Positions 39,411 through 53,769 of a stretch of 64,000 bases of DNA are shown piece by piece. Positions within the stretch are counted from its first letter, which is position 1, and each line of letters opens with the position of its first letter. The stretch lies in the NCBI RefSeq assembly GCF_009914755.1, contig NC_060935.1. One strand, given 5' to 3'. The DNA comes from the human T2T-CHM13v2.0 reference genome, Homo sapiens. The notes below the pieces were generated by a model, which saw only the letters and a program-made list of their open reading frames with translations, was not told the origin of the DNA and searched no databases. A program made the position numbers and the translations under genes.

Positions 39411-40559
39411 TGGTCCAGACCTGTCCTGGTGGATCTGCAAGGGTGAGAGACCCTGGGGACCATCTGAGCCTTTGTACCCTAACCTGACTCCGCATCCAGG
39501 CCTGGCTTGATCCTCCTGACCCAAGAACACACAGAAGCCTGGGAGGAAGGGTCTGAGTGAGTGCTGACATGGAGCCTCAAAGTTGAGTTCTCGAAATCGG
39601 ATGCCATTGGAATGGGTGGAACAGAGCGCACTGCACAAAAAAGTCATCAGTATTTCTGGAACAAGAGCAGAGAGCAGATCTCTCAACCAAGACAGAGTGG
39701 GGAAGACAGGGGGCAGGCTGGGAACCAGTGCACCAAGGAGGGCACACAGGCAGGTGAGGGAGACAGGGAGAAGGGCCCAGGGCTGACTTCTGGGGCTTTT
39801 GACTTTCACAAAGGGCACGAAGACATCACAGAAAGAAGCATGTGAGTCACCAGTTCTGACTCAGGCCCTGGCTGGCTAGTGACAGGACAGGGCATTCCAG
39901 ATGTCACTCAGGAACCCCAAGAGGACTCCAGGCCTGGGGAGAGCTCCTGCTGCCTGAGACAAAGAAGCGCCCAGCAGAGGCAGGGACCTCCCACTTTCTT
40001 CCCCAGGACCTGAGGCCTTCACACTTGCTCCCAGGGAGCCCCGCGGGACGTGGCCAGCCTCACTTTCGCTTGCCACCATGTCTGTCTTTCACCCCTCACT
40101 CTCATCTCTTCTCCTTGGCACTCTATTGACCAGGGCCTGGGTCTTTTCCTGTTCTGCTCCTGGGGAAGACAGGGCCCTGGGCTCGACTGTGGCCTGAGCC
40201 CTGGCTCCTGGGGCCCCTCGGGGACAGCCCAGGGTGCTGGAGGGACAGTGCCGCAGCCGTGCTCGTCAGGGGTGCGAGAGGATGACGCTCAGGCTGCCCT
40301 GCCGCCAGTGGGCCTCCCAAGCGGCCCTGCCCACAGCAGGGATAGTCTAGGTGGTGGGTGTGGAGCCGACACCACAATCAAGCGTTCACCATGCCTAAAA
40401 CCAGGGCCAGCTGGGTGGGAGTCACCTTTCTGTGCAGAACCAGGGTCCTTGGGATGCCTCCAAAGATATCATCAGGCCCCTCTCGGTGTCCCCAGCCCTC
40501 CACCCAGTCCAGCCAACCGCGCACACACCAAACCCCGAGGAGGCAACTCAGCCCTCCCT

Positions 40560-40573
40560 CCTCCAGGGGGCGC
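40560..40573 (+). promoter_or_regulatory. CTCF motif
   Basis: CCTCCAGGGGGCGC, near-perfect match to core CCASYAGRKGGCRS. Confidence 0.7.
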
Positions 40574-40805
40574 ACTCTGGCCCACACCGACAGCGGCCTG
40601 GAGGCACTTCTAGGAAATCAAGGTGCCCTTGGAGACAGAATCCCAGCAGGAGCCCCACGCCGAGTGGGAGAGACCTCCGCCCTGCTTCTGAAGCCGCAGG
40701 CGCTGGCCTCAATAATCCCCCAGCCGCGGGCCGATTTGGCATCCTCCGACCCCTGCGGCCACTGCCAGGTAAGTGCTCCTGCCAATGCATCAGTGTAGAG
40801 CAAGC

Positions 40806-40819
40806 CTGCCACCTGGTGG
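40806..40819 (-). promoter_or_regulatory. CTCF motif
   Basis: Reverse complement CCACCAGGTGGCAG, perfect core match. Confidence 0.7.
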
Positions 40820-41349
40820 TGAGGCCACCCAACTACAGGCTGGGGCTCTTGAGGGCCATGCTGTCCCGCGCCGAGGGCCCCACACCCGGGTGCCCGCTGG
40901 CTCCCGCAGAGCAGACCCTGAAGGCGCGGAGCCCTGCCCAGGGCCCTTCTAGGCACTGCTGAGTTTGTGAGGGCAGAAAAGCAGAAGGTAGGGGTGGGTC
41001 GAGTTCAAGGGCTGAGGCAGAAGACCCCCGGGGAGGGCCTGATCCGAGGGATTTGGGAAAGAAGAGATTCGGTCTCCCAAGGGGCTCACACGCCCCTTCC
41101 CTGGGCATCTATCAGGAAGCAGCAGCTTGGGGCCATGGAGAGGCCTAAAGCCTGCATTCCACTCCTGGCCCCACCACCGGCCACAGTGGGGCTGTGCACA
41201 CCGCTCCTACCGCAGGAGTAGGGCGGACTGACAGGAAGATGAGTCCCTGCGCCCGGAGCTCACCAGAGCCCGGATAAGCCGAAGTGGGCAAATGGATGGG
41301 ACAGGCAAGTGTACTGGGGCAGGAAGGGCCTTTGGGATCTTCTCATTTA

Positions 41350-41868
<519 letters not shown>

Positions 41869-41869
41869 A

Positions 41870-42010
41870 TCCCACCTCCTCCTGTTGCAGATGAGGAAAC
41901 TGAAGCCCAGAGACAGGAAGAGGCTGTTCAATGTCACACAGGGGCTGTGGCAGGGCTGGGGCCAGAACAAGTCTTCAGGCTTCCAGGCTAGGGCTCTTTC
42001 CATTACCCAT
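41870..42010 (-). mobile_element. MIR SINE
   Basis: ttgcagatgaggaaactgaagcccagaga. Confidence 0.75.
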
Positions 42011-45000
42011 TTAACCTTTTTCAAGAGGTGGAAAAATCCCTGCCACCTGCTGCTCAGGCCCAGGAAGAGCCCCCTCATCTAGCCCACCCATGCCCTGGAA
42101 ACTCTGGCTGGGATCTGCTATTCCGCCCTCCCTGGTGGCAGCCTTCCCTCCCCCAGCCCTGGCCCTGCAGCCAAGTCACCACCACCACCGAAGCTCTTTG
42201 GCCTGCTGTCTTGTTAATTCCTAATTTCCAATTTGCAAGAAGAGAGAGCCTTAAACCTCCATCTCACCAGCCCAGCAATCACACAGATGATCCAAGTATC
42301 TCTGGACAGCCTTTAATTTATTTCCCAGTGCACGCGGGCACTGCTGAGAGACTTGATGGCACCAGCTTAAACATAATAAATTACTCAAGTACCAGAGATT
42401 AGTTAATAAAGCTCCAGGCTCCCTCCCAGCCCCTGCTGACTTGGTCTGTGACACCAAAGATTCCTTTGAAGATACCCAACTGGAGGGGTGGGGGGTTCTG
42501 AAGTGGGGGTCCCCAGGTCTGAGTCAGCTAGCCAGCCCTCCTCAGGACCCTTGAAGCCAGGCAGAAGTTGTGCCGGGGCTGGAGAGGCAGGGACCCCAGA
42601 AATCCACAGGGTGGACTCCAGCATTTTCTACTCCACATCTCAATATATCAGTGGAAGTCATAATCTAATGGCAAATCTGATCCTGGCATGAGCACAGCTT
42701 GGAAGACGAGGAGTCAGATGTGTGCCCAAGAATGAAGAAAGATGCTGGTTACTTTTGGAGCCAAGCAAAGGGAACAGAGATGCTTTTTCATGGAGACACA
42801 AAGGATCAGGATAGTCTCTAAGCGTCTGAAGGCTGATCCCTGCCCCTCAGTCCTATGACCTTCCAGGTGTGTCTTCACAGGGCGTCATGTTGTCCACATA
42901 CCATCCCCTCACCCCAGTGCCTTTGGCCCTGGCCTGACAACAGTCGCGCCTCACCCAGTCGCGCCTCACCCACACCTGCACAGTCCCCACCCTCCCCCAT
43001 CAGAACTGTCTATAAAACTCACATCTAACCATATTGCTTTTCTGACTACAAATTCCTGATGTTCTGCTGTTGCCTGCCTAATAAAATGTGGTGCCAGAAC
43101 CTGGACTTCGTCGTCTTCCTCTAGCGGTAATGAAAATAGGGAATTGGAAAAGATATTTGAAGGAAAGGGTGTAGCTTGCCTCCTGGGGAGCCTCAAAAGA
43201 GAAGATTCTCATCTGCTTGGATGGCTCAGCAGATTCCTGAGTGAGATGAAGAAATGGACAAGACAAACTCAGAATTCAGTCCTAGTCTGTGATACTGGAA
43301 AAACAGCCTTGGCAGGGGTCAAAGAAAGGCATAGAGAAAGGATGTCTGGAAAATGGTAGGAGTTGAGCGGTTCCCTGAGCTCCCCCAGGAACCCCATCCT
43401 CCCTAAGAACCTCAGCCGCTGGCCTCACACCAGTGCCCCAAGTCTAATGGTCTCAAGGAAGATAAACCCAATAGCTTTTGTTCTGACACCAAAGCCAGAG
43501 CTCCTGGCGCCCAGGCCCCTGACCACTCCTAGCCCCCACATACGCTGCTGAAACCAAAGTCAGACTTGTGAGCAGGGAGCTGGACTTCTTCCCCAGGCCT
43601 GTGTGGCACTGCAGTGCTCCTGAGACTAAGGAAACTGTGATCCACAGTCACCTTTGTTCCCAGGCGCTAGTATTATTCATTGTTATCGGCAATAAAGACC
43701 TCTTCAGTATCTCTAATTCTTTCCTTCCATAATGCTCAAAGTACTGCCTACACATGCTCTTGTTTATGCAGAGGGCCTCCCGTCACACAATAGATGGTTG
43801 CTGAATATGGTGTAAATTGAATCACATTATAAACACACTAGGGGAATCCTAACATGAATCCTTTCATAAAGTGAATAATTATCCCCTAATTTATCATTAG
43901 TGTAAGCCCAGGTTTTTATATAACCGGTTTTGATGTGAGCAAAACCCGCCTATGTGTGTGCGCGCGCACACACACACACACACACATTCCTGACGAGCGA
44001 AAGCTGCAGTGTTCCATATAGTGCCAGGCACAAATCAGCCTTAATAAAAGTTTCTGAGAGCAACACTGCTGAACCGAAGCACCAAGGATTCTATAAGAGT
44101 GTTGTTTCCATTTCAGAAAAAAGGAAACTGAAGCCCAGAAAGGAGCAATGGTTTTGCTAGTGTCCTTCATCCCCATAGAGAAGATCATTTCAAGAATTTT
44201 ATAAGAACTTTAGGCACTCTTTGGTCACAGGAGATGGCAGGGAAGTGGGGGAAATGGAGGGATGATTGGCTGGGGCATGGGGGTTGACTTGGGAGAGTGT
44301 TGGATGTCACATCAGTTCCTTCAGGCTCAGGGGTGGGTCCAGAGTAAGTGTGTGTGAAGAGGGAGTAGGTGGGATGCTATCATTTAAGTCTACCCTGACT
44401 TCTGCCTGATGGGGAGGTTTCAAGGTGGGGGCTTCTCTGAGCCCCTGTAGATAGGGTGCTGGGGTCCAGCAGCAGGCATTCGCCTCTGCCTCAGGGGATG
44501 CAGCCTCCCCCAATCTCCTTCTCCAGGCCTTCCCAACACTGCACTGTTTGGGCACCATCCTTCTTACCTGTTCCCTCCAGACACATCTAGAAGCCTCTAG
44601 AAGTGGCTGGGAGCTGTCCCTATGTGAATAGCCCTCCCCAGACCTCACCCGAGACACCATAGCTTGGGCAGGTCAGAGATCCGGGATCCCAAGTACACTA
44701 CATAATTTTCTGCTCTCTAATCCCAATTCTCTGGGTCCTGGAAAGATGCCCAGCCTCCCTAAGCTGGGGGCTCTGGGATTCCCCCACCCCAGGAAAACCT
44801 GGGTTCCATGCCCTACTCTGCCACTGCCAACAGTCCATCCTATTTGCATGGGCTTTAAGATTGACAAGACACTATCCTGCACCATCTCATTTAAACCTCA
44901 CCACAACACTGAGAGGAAGAAATGATTTAGCTCCATTTTGCCCATGAGGAAACTGATGCTTAGAGATGTCAAGACACTTCCCCCAAATCACCCCAGGTTT

Positions 45001-45056
45001 TTTAAGGGGAAGCCAGTTGTCTTCTCTATCTCAGTAATAGATCTCTGTCACACCTG

Positions 45057-45284
45057 TCAGTGCTTCAGTGATGATTGCTAAGACCTTTGAACTAGAGGTA
45101 GTGATCTTAGGAGACAAGGCAGAGTTCTTAACTTTGGAATTACAATACCATATGCCAGTCACCAGTTTGTAGGAATGCCTTGTTGCCATTAGCAATAAAC
45201 TAGACATAGAAACTAGAGTGCATTCAAGATTATCCTTTTTAAAATATCACTTATATTACTTGTACTTCAGTATACCCTCAGCTG
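45057..45284 (+). repeat. Dispersed duplication, copy 1 (~230 bp)
   Basis: About 90% identical to 46665-46897 by manual alignment. Confidence 0.95.
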
Positions 45285-45959
45285 AGAAAGGCAAGGCTTT
45301 CTGGTGAGGAGTCAGGTCAGGTAAGCTCGAATTTGATATCCTACCATCCTGTGAAGCCAAGGCTCAGAATCCTGCAGCTAATCCAGGGAGACTGCCTGGA
45401 GTAGGTGTGTTTAGAACCAGGTGTGGGAAAAGAAACAGAGCTGGTTGGTGGAATAGTGGGAAAGAGTCCTGGGTTTTCTCTATCAAGGGACTGCCCAATG
45501 CACCTCTTTTTCCCTCCATGTTCTAAGAAAGCAAGAAAAAAGACAAACAGTGACCTGTGGGACAGAGAAAGGCCACCTTTGTTGCTAATAGAAGCTAAGT
45601 TGGAGGATATGGCTGAGTGAGAGAGCAAATGGGCCTCCTGGGCCCCACAGTCAGAGGTCTCACCCTCGCCATCACAGGCAGCATAGACGGGCAGCCTCTG
45701 CACTTGGTGCTGGTGATGGCGAGGGTCTGCCCAGCTACCACTGATGTCATGGACAGGTGAAAGGCAACCTGGACTCTCTGCAATCAGTCTCACCTTTATC
45801 AGAGGAAAGAAACCAGCAGGAGCCGAGTTGAACATGCTGAACATGCCCTGTGTATTCTCCCCAAACCCCCAATCAGAAAAGTCAGCTCTTCTTCCCTGGA
45901 GCAGAGAGAGTAATGGAAAGACAGAAGCCAAGAGATCCAAGTGAGCTCCCTCCACATAG

Positions 45960-46359
<400 letters not shown>

Positions 46360-46664
46360 AGTTCTCAAAGAATCAGAGGACAGGGCCACTGTTGCCCAGA
46401 GATGAGAATGAGCCTTCCTCTGTCCGTGCCTCCTCAGGCCACTGTCAACTCCCCATGCACTGTCCCTGGATTCGGAAGGTACAGGCGCTGGGGAGATGGC
46501 TTTATTCATTTTCTGCAATGGGGATTCAGGAAACTTTCTTTTCTAGCCAGTAAATTCAAGCTCATGACCTTCAAGGAGGTCAAAGAAGACCTAGAGAACC
46601 TAGTATGTGGGGTAGAAGAGTATTTTCTAAAGCACATTAGGCCCATGCTGATCTGTTGCACTCA

Positions 46665-46897
46665 TCAATGCTTCAATGATGATTGCTAAGGACCTGCGTA
46701 AACTAGTGGTAGTGATCATAAGAGACAGGGCAGAGTTCTTAACTTTGGGATTACAACACCATACGCCAGTCACCAGTTTGTGGTAAGTACCCTTGTTACC
46801 ATTAGCAATAAACTAGACACAGAAACTGGAGTGCATTCAAGATTATCCTTTTTAAAATATCACTTATATTACTTTTACTTCAGTGTACCCTCAGCTG
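46665..46897 (+). repeat. Dispersed duplication, copy 2
   Basis: About 90% identical to 45057-45284. Confidence 0.95.
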
Positions 46898-47890
46898 CAA
46901 AAGAAGTGGTATTACGGTTGGTGCCACGGGGTAATGCACAACCCACAGGCAGTCTTATCTATGCATATAACCTACGTAAACTTAAAAGCCATCTGTCCTG
47001 GAAGAAAAGTGAAGGACCACAGAAATAATGTATGCAAAATATCCTGGTAAACTAAAGAGTGATTTTTATATGCCAGTTGTTATTACTCTTATTATTATTA
47101 TTACCGTCCTGGGAAAGAAAGGACCTTTACTTTCAGTCTGGAACATGGATGAAGATGAAGCCCTCCCAGACCTCTCCCATCCACATCTGACTCAGATAAT
47201 CCCTGAGTGTGTTCTACACAATGTAGTAGTCCGTGATTCTGGTCCCCTGGCTATTGGCTGCTGTTTTATGTATAGCCCAGGTATCAGCTGAGGCCTCTCT
47301 CTCCCACCCCACCACCCCAGATGTTGGTAAGCTTGACCCAAGTTGCCAGTGTTCAGCCTGCAGGAGTCCAGAGTCTCCCCCAATTTGCACAAGTTTCTAC
47401 CACTGGTTGCTGTATGTTCCCGTGGTCTTTGCTCCTGCACCCATCCACGCTCTCTCCATGCTGCTTGGCACTGCCCAGGGCATGAAGCTTGGGCTCTCCT
47501 GGAAGTTCTGCAAAAGACACATGCACCCCAAGCATTTCCTGCATTTAGAAACATTCCTGGAAATGTGTGGCATCTGGGACAGAGGCCATGGCAGACACAC
47601 AGTCTCTCATGACCTCACTTCCTCGCTCTTGCCCTTTACTTCTCTTTCTTCTGAGAAACAAGCTCATTCTTCCCCCTTGTTCTGCAGAGAACAATTTATC
47701 CAGTACTTGGGGCACTTGGAATCTCAGCTTCATTCCTTCCAAACACTAAGAGAATAAAAGTGACATAGCTAGGAAAGAGCTATCAACTCAACCTGATTAT
47801 AAGCACCCTGAGGTCAGGGACGGGGTCTTAAATACTACTGGAGCCCCACTGTAACTAGCCTAGAGCTCTGCTAAATAAATACCACAATTA

Positions 47891-48663
47891 TAGTCAGTTC
47901 TCATTACTGATGGTAGTTATGTTCTCTAAAGTCATTGCACACACTGAATTAGCAAATACTGAACCTTTGTTCCTAGGGGAAATAAAGTGTTAGGTTCTGC
48001 AAGCCTCTGGTTACAAAATTTTCACCAACTGATCAATATATAACTTTTTAAAATGTGTGTTTCAGTTTAAAGACACCTTATTTAATATGGATTGTTGATC
48101 CATTAACATTGAACTCAAGGCCAACAGCAGCATAACTCATGCATGAACAAAACATCGAAAAATACCTATTTTCTCCACAAGGCAGGAACACTAGACAGTG
48201 TTTCAGCATTATTCACAGGCCCCCTTTTTTTCTTTTTAGAGATGGGGTCTGTCTATGATGCCCAGGCTGGAGCACAGTGACAAGTCACAGGTGTGATTGT
48301 AGCACACCACAGCCTCGAACTCCTAGGCTCAAGAGATTCCTCCTGCCTCAGTCTCCCAGGTTGGGCCCATTTTAAAGGTGAAGTCACCAACAAAAAGCAC
48401 AACAATGCAAAAAAAAAAATTGTTTCACTAAATAGACCACAAAAAGGACACTATTATAGCATAAGAGCTGAAACAAGAAAATAGGGTATTGCCTTATTCA
48501 CCCTCAGCTGGGAATGTGTGCATCAGGCATGTCAAATTCTTCACCACTCTGTCCATGTCTGCAATTGACTGTGAAGTGCCAGGTGTATTGATTTTTAGGT
48601 TACAAATTTTAGCAAGTAGGCAAATTTGCAAATGTAGAATCCAGGAACAATGAAGATCAACTA
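47891..48663 (+). mobile_element. MER82-like TcMar-Tigger DNA transposon
   Basis: Degenerate TIRs (tagtcagttctcatt / aatgaagatcaacta); cactgaattagcaaatactgaacc..ctaggggaaata. Confidence 0.75.
48224..48360 (-). mobile_element. FAM (fossil Alu monomer)
   Basis: 7SL-type segment gtgacaagtcacaggtgtgattgtagcacaccacagcctcgaactcc, absent from dimeric Alus. Confidence 0.7.
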
Positions 48664-49100
48664 TGCATGAATGCTATGGAGTACTATTCAACAATAAAAA
48701 GGAACAAACAATGGATACACACAAGAACTTTGATAAATCTCAAAGGCACTGTGCCAAGAAGCCAGTCACAAATGGTGATACACTGTATGAGTCCATTTAT
48801 TCCTACCCAGTCACAAATTGTGATACACTGTATGAGTCCATTTATTCCTACATTCTTGAAAAGACAGAAGTAGAGTGATGGAGAACAGATCAGTGGCAGT
48901 CAGGGGATGGAGGTGGAGGGAAGGTGTTGTTGTAATAAAGGGATAGGGCAAGAAAATTCAGGGGATAACAAAACTGTTCTGTCTCATGATTATAGTGGTA
49001 GTAACACAAATCTACGCATGTGTTAAAATTCATAAAACTGTACATCAAGAGAAAGCAGTTAATCTTATTCTATGGTGATTTAAGAAATAAGATCAATAAG
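48664..49100 (+). mobile_element. L1M 3' end with internal 45-bp tandem duplication
   Basis: atggagtactattcaacaataaaaaggaac..gagaacagatcagtgg..tgttaaaattcataaaactgtaca. Confidence 0.8.
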
Positions 49101-50634
49101 TAAAATACCATAACAATGAGTAACCAGAGATGCAACACCCCAGCTCAAATCTGGACTGCCCCACTGCACGGAATGGGCCTCCCAGGCAATCTTGTTGGAG
49201 GGAGCACAGCTGCCACCTGTGTGCTTGGGTTATGGCCTCATGTCATATGCAAGTGGCTCGAACAGCCTGCCAGTCTCCAAGAGGGCACCAGCATGGTCCT
49301 GGGTTTCCCAGCCACTTTCCGTTTATTCACTCCTCTGTGAGAAGACCCCCTTCCTACAGGGTCCCAGGGCATTGGTTTTATATCCACATGCAAAGATCCC
49401 TCCTTAGAAGTTAGTGTTGCCCCTAGCAACCAGCTCTTTCTCCAAACTGCTTTGAATACAGACACACTGCCTTAGGAAGACTGCTCCTCAGAACTGAATT
49501 TCTAAAAGACCTCCTATCACTATGTGAACAAAACATTTTTAAACAGAAAATTTAACAAGATTTTAAAACAAAGGTTCAAAGTATTTTTATCATATTCTGA
49601 CTATGTGTTTGCTGAGTGGCTTGAGGGGGACTCTCTGTACTTTGCAAAGGAAGACAGAAGGAATGATGGTGGCAGATCATGAAATGGTGCCTGTTCTGAA
49701 AGACCTATGAGAGATAAAGTTGAAATAATGTGATGTCCCTATAGAACCCTCTAGTACAGGCATAGGCCCATAGTAGGTGCTTAATAAGTGCCACAGGAAA
49801 TCAAGACAAATCTCCAAATATAAAAGACTTATACATTGTAATTACTAAAACACATTTATTGATTACCATCTATGTGGCAGGCTCCCTCTGTACTGGGGTA
49901 TGAGGAACACAGAAATGAATAAGACATGGCCCATATTTTCTGGGGACTTCGAGTCTAGTAGAGAGAAAGATATACGTAAATAATAGAACAAAGCATAGAC
50001 AGCATGCTGTGGGAAAATGAGTAAGGAGCAGTTTATTAATCAAGGTTCTTTGATTGCAAGTGACAGAATCCCAACTCAAGTGAACATGACCAATACAGCA
50101 AATACATTGGTTTACATAATTTGGAAGGACATAGGTGTATCCAGAGACTCAAAAGGTTGTTGGCGGGAAATTCTGCTCTTCTGCAGTCCTTCGTCTTTCT
50201 CTGCTTTCATGAAAGAGGTCTTAATTTTGGTCCCCAACCAGCACCAGGTACCTCTGGCTATATTTACTCCTTTTGGCAGCCCTAGGGCCCAGCTAGCCAG
50301 CAGCGGATGCTGTGATGGGGAGCAGATAATGGGTCTGACCCTTCAAGGAGGCCATCTAACTGCACAGGTGTTCAGATCACTCAACTCATTCAGGAAGAGC
50401 TAAGGGAAACCACTGCCCACTGGATTGCAGCCATTGATGCCTGGCAAGATGATGAACTCCAAGGCCCTATGCCTGCCTTTCTTCTACATAGCTCTGAGCA
50501 CAAACAACTTGGACCCCAGGAGAAGTTCAACTCTGGACATCATCAAACCATGAAACCACCTAATGACAGAGCATTGAGGCCCAAGGGGAGCAGAAATCTT
50601 CAGGATAGAATGTTTGAGACTGCTGAGATTGTGC

Positions 50635-50790
50635 TGGTATGGTAGAAAGAGCTTGGGCTTTGGAAATGGATCTGGCTTGAATCCCAGCTCTGATACTTAC
50701 AAGCTATGAGTCTTTCTGAGCTGAGAATTCCTCATTCGTAAAATGGGAATAATAATACCTGCCTCACAGGTGTTAGTGAGGCTAAGGGAG
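50635..50790 (+). mobile_element. MIR SINE
   Basis: ttgaatcccagctctg..cctcattcgtaaaatgggaataataatacctgcctcacagg. Confidence 0.85.
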
Positions 50791-51329
50791 GTAAATTAAA
50801 TTACAACAGTAATTGCTGTTAATGAACTTTGTACCCCTTTTCAGCTCCACTGTCGTCTAATTCTCAAGCATCATTTTATTCATTCGTCCGTCCATCTACC
50901 CAACCACTCATCCAATCATCCATCCATCTAATTTTTATTAAGTACCTGCTCTGTCTCAGACAATATGCAATATATCAGAAATATGGATATTAATACAATA
51001 GACCTCCCTACCCTCCAGTTAATTACAGTTGTGTAAAAGTGAGAAGGTAAGCAATTATGAAACACAACATGTAGGGAAGTACATAGAAGTATAAAAAAAT
51101 CCCTTAAATCTGTATAGTGCTTTTTATTCTTAAAGAACACTTTCACACCCAGTATCTCACTAAATTCTCATAACAACCTCATGAGAGATATTCTCACTCC
51201 CATCTCACTTATGAAGAAACTGAGACAATGTATCAGCAGCCATGGCTAAAATGTTCAGTGTCAGTGAGAGGCAGGAGCAAGTTCCACTTTCTCTGATGCT
51301 AAAGTCTTAGGGAGCATTAAGAATTTACT

Positions 51330-51807
<478 letters not shown>

Positions 51808-52589
51808 CTAGATTAAAGCATGAGCAGTTGAATCATATCAAAATGCTCATAGTTTTCCTTTTCAGCCTTGATGGAGATTTTACAGTTTTTCACATTACCA
51901 TAGAACACTTAGAATTCTGACATGGTACACAGTATACATGCTGAATCTCATTTCTATTATACTTCTCACATTTACATATTATCTTTTGGGGGGATAGTAG
52001 GATAGTTTTGGCTCCCACTCCCTCAATCCCCAGACTACATTTAGTCAAGGCAAATACTATAAGTGAGTTGCCCAAGGTGACACACCCAGTGGGCAGGAAA
52101 ACTAGACATTGAAGCCAGGTCTTGAGATAACATGCTCTTGCCCATTAGTCACGTGACGCTGCACTCTGTACCAGATGCCAGAGGCAGAGAAGGACTCAAG
52201 TTCCTCTGTGCCCCACCTGGGTATTCCCTGCCTAGAGGAGTCTCCTGTCATGACCTGAACTTTTTCCTCTTTCTTCTCTCCCTCCACCCGGGCTAAACTA
52301 ACCAATCTTGGAGTACATTTCTTCAGATCTCTTCACTTAGAGGAATGAGGTGAACATATGCCTCCCCATTGTGTTGGATCAGCAAAGGAGAGATTTGGAG
52401 TTGGGGGAAGGGTCCTTTAGGACTCCCAAGAGACTGCCTACTCCACCTATAGGCACAGGGACCCTTGTTGGCTTTGCAAGGGAGGCCTGATACCACCTTG
52501 GCCTTCCCAGAATCAGAACTACCTTCTGCCATGGGATGAGGCTGCCATCACTGGGGCCAAGTCTGGGGCTTAAGAGTATAAGAATAATG

Positions 52590-52790
52590 CCATACTTTGG
52601 AACCAAGTAGCTGGGTTTGAGTTTCATCTCTTCTCCCTCCTAGGTGTATGATCTAGGCAAGTCCCTTTACTTTCCTGGCCCTCAGTTTTTTTGTCCACCA
52701 AATGGGGTGGTGATGATACTAATACCTATGCTACGGGATTGTTGTGAGAATCAAATGAGTTCATTTAATTTACGCAAATACATTTTGTTA
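52590..52790 (+). mobile_element. MIR SINE
   Basis: ggcaagtccctttactttcctggccctcagttt..ggattgttgtgagaatcaaatgag. Confidence 0.75.
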
Positions 52791-53769
52791 AGTGTGAGGG
52801 TAAGAAAATGCTGTTCTTGACAAGTGAGGGTTACGGAGAAGACTGTGAGTGTCCCCAGAGTTCCCACAGGAAACTTCCAGAAATTCCCTGGGATAGAGAA
52901 AGCAGAAAACCTTTGGGCAAAGTCATAAAGAGTCTCACAACCAGGGATAGCATAAAATTCTGATTTGGGGGCTCGGGTTTTTTTAAATCCCAAAAAAACT
53001 GTAAAATAGTTGTAGAAGGAAGAGTAGATAAAATGGGGGAACAAATGGGACATTTTCCCAGCTGGGCAGGAGGATGCTGATTGAGTACAATCAATGCCAC
53101 CAGCCCGCTAACGAGACCCAATCAGGCGGGGCGATTAGAGATATTCTTCAGGGAAAGAAGCCTGACAGCTGCAGGAAAGTTTCTGCTTTTCCAGAGGAGA
53201 GTGAGTGGGAGAGACAGGCAGAGTGGTGTGGCAGAGAGGGGAGGGAGAGTTGGGGGAAATCGAATCAACAAAGCTGAGCACCCACCCAGCCCTTCCTTGA
53301 AGAAGTCAAAGAGGAGAAAAGGAGGGTAAAGCCTCCAGAGAGATCCTTCTGCTGTCTCCATTTTCTTAGACATTGATTTTCATATTCATTCCCACTGACT
53401 TCCATTCTCCTGCTGGGCTAGGGAGTCATGGGTCTGCCACAGTGGCCTTGAGATGGGCAGGGCTTGAGCCCCTAACAAGGATCCCAGCACACAGCTACGA
53501 GGCTTGTTATAGGTTGCAAAGCTTTCTCCTGTGCAAGATCTGATTTCAGCCTTGCTAAAACTTTTGAGGGCAGATAGTTTTAATTTGTTACCCATTTGGA
53601 GGGTGAATTTAGTACTGTTTATTTCAGTACATATTTATTGAGCATCAACTTTCCACACAGAATTGGTGTTAGAGTTTAATAAAAATACAACTCCTGCTCT
53701 CAGGAAGTTGGTAGCCTAGTGAGAGACACATATATCATTTCAATGGTGTATGGTAACTCTTCCTTTCAG

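Larger units (their letters stand above)
40200..40960. promoter_or_regulatory. GC-rich, CpG-enriched block (borderline CpG island); candidate promoter/insulator
   Basis: About 35 CpGs in ~730 bp (obs/exp roughly 0.45-0.5 by hand); CTCF motifs; CAG|GTAAGT donor. Confidence 0.6.

Noticed and set aside
38865-39818. ORFs of 125-193 aa
   Set aside because: Driven by (TG)n and CT-rich low-complexity tracts
40050-40962. Overlapping 146-187 aa ORFs
   Set aside because: Expected in GC-rich sequence; Pro/Gly/Ala-rich with no family resemblance
45341-45955. 204-aa minus-strand ORF
   Set aside because: No domain resemblance, non-ATG start and no supporting exon structure
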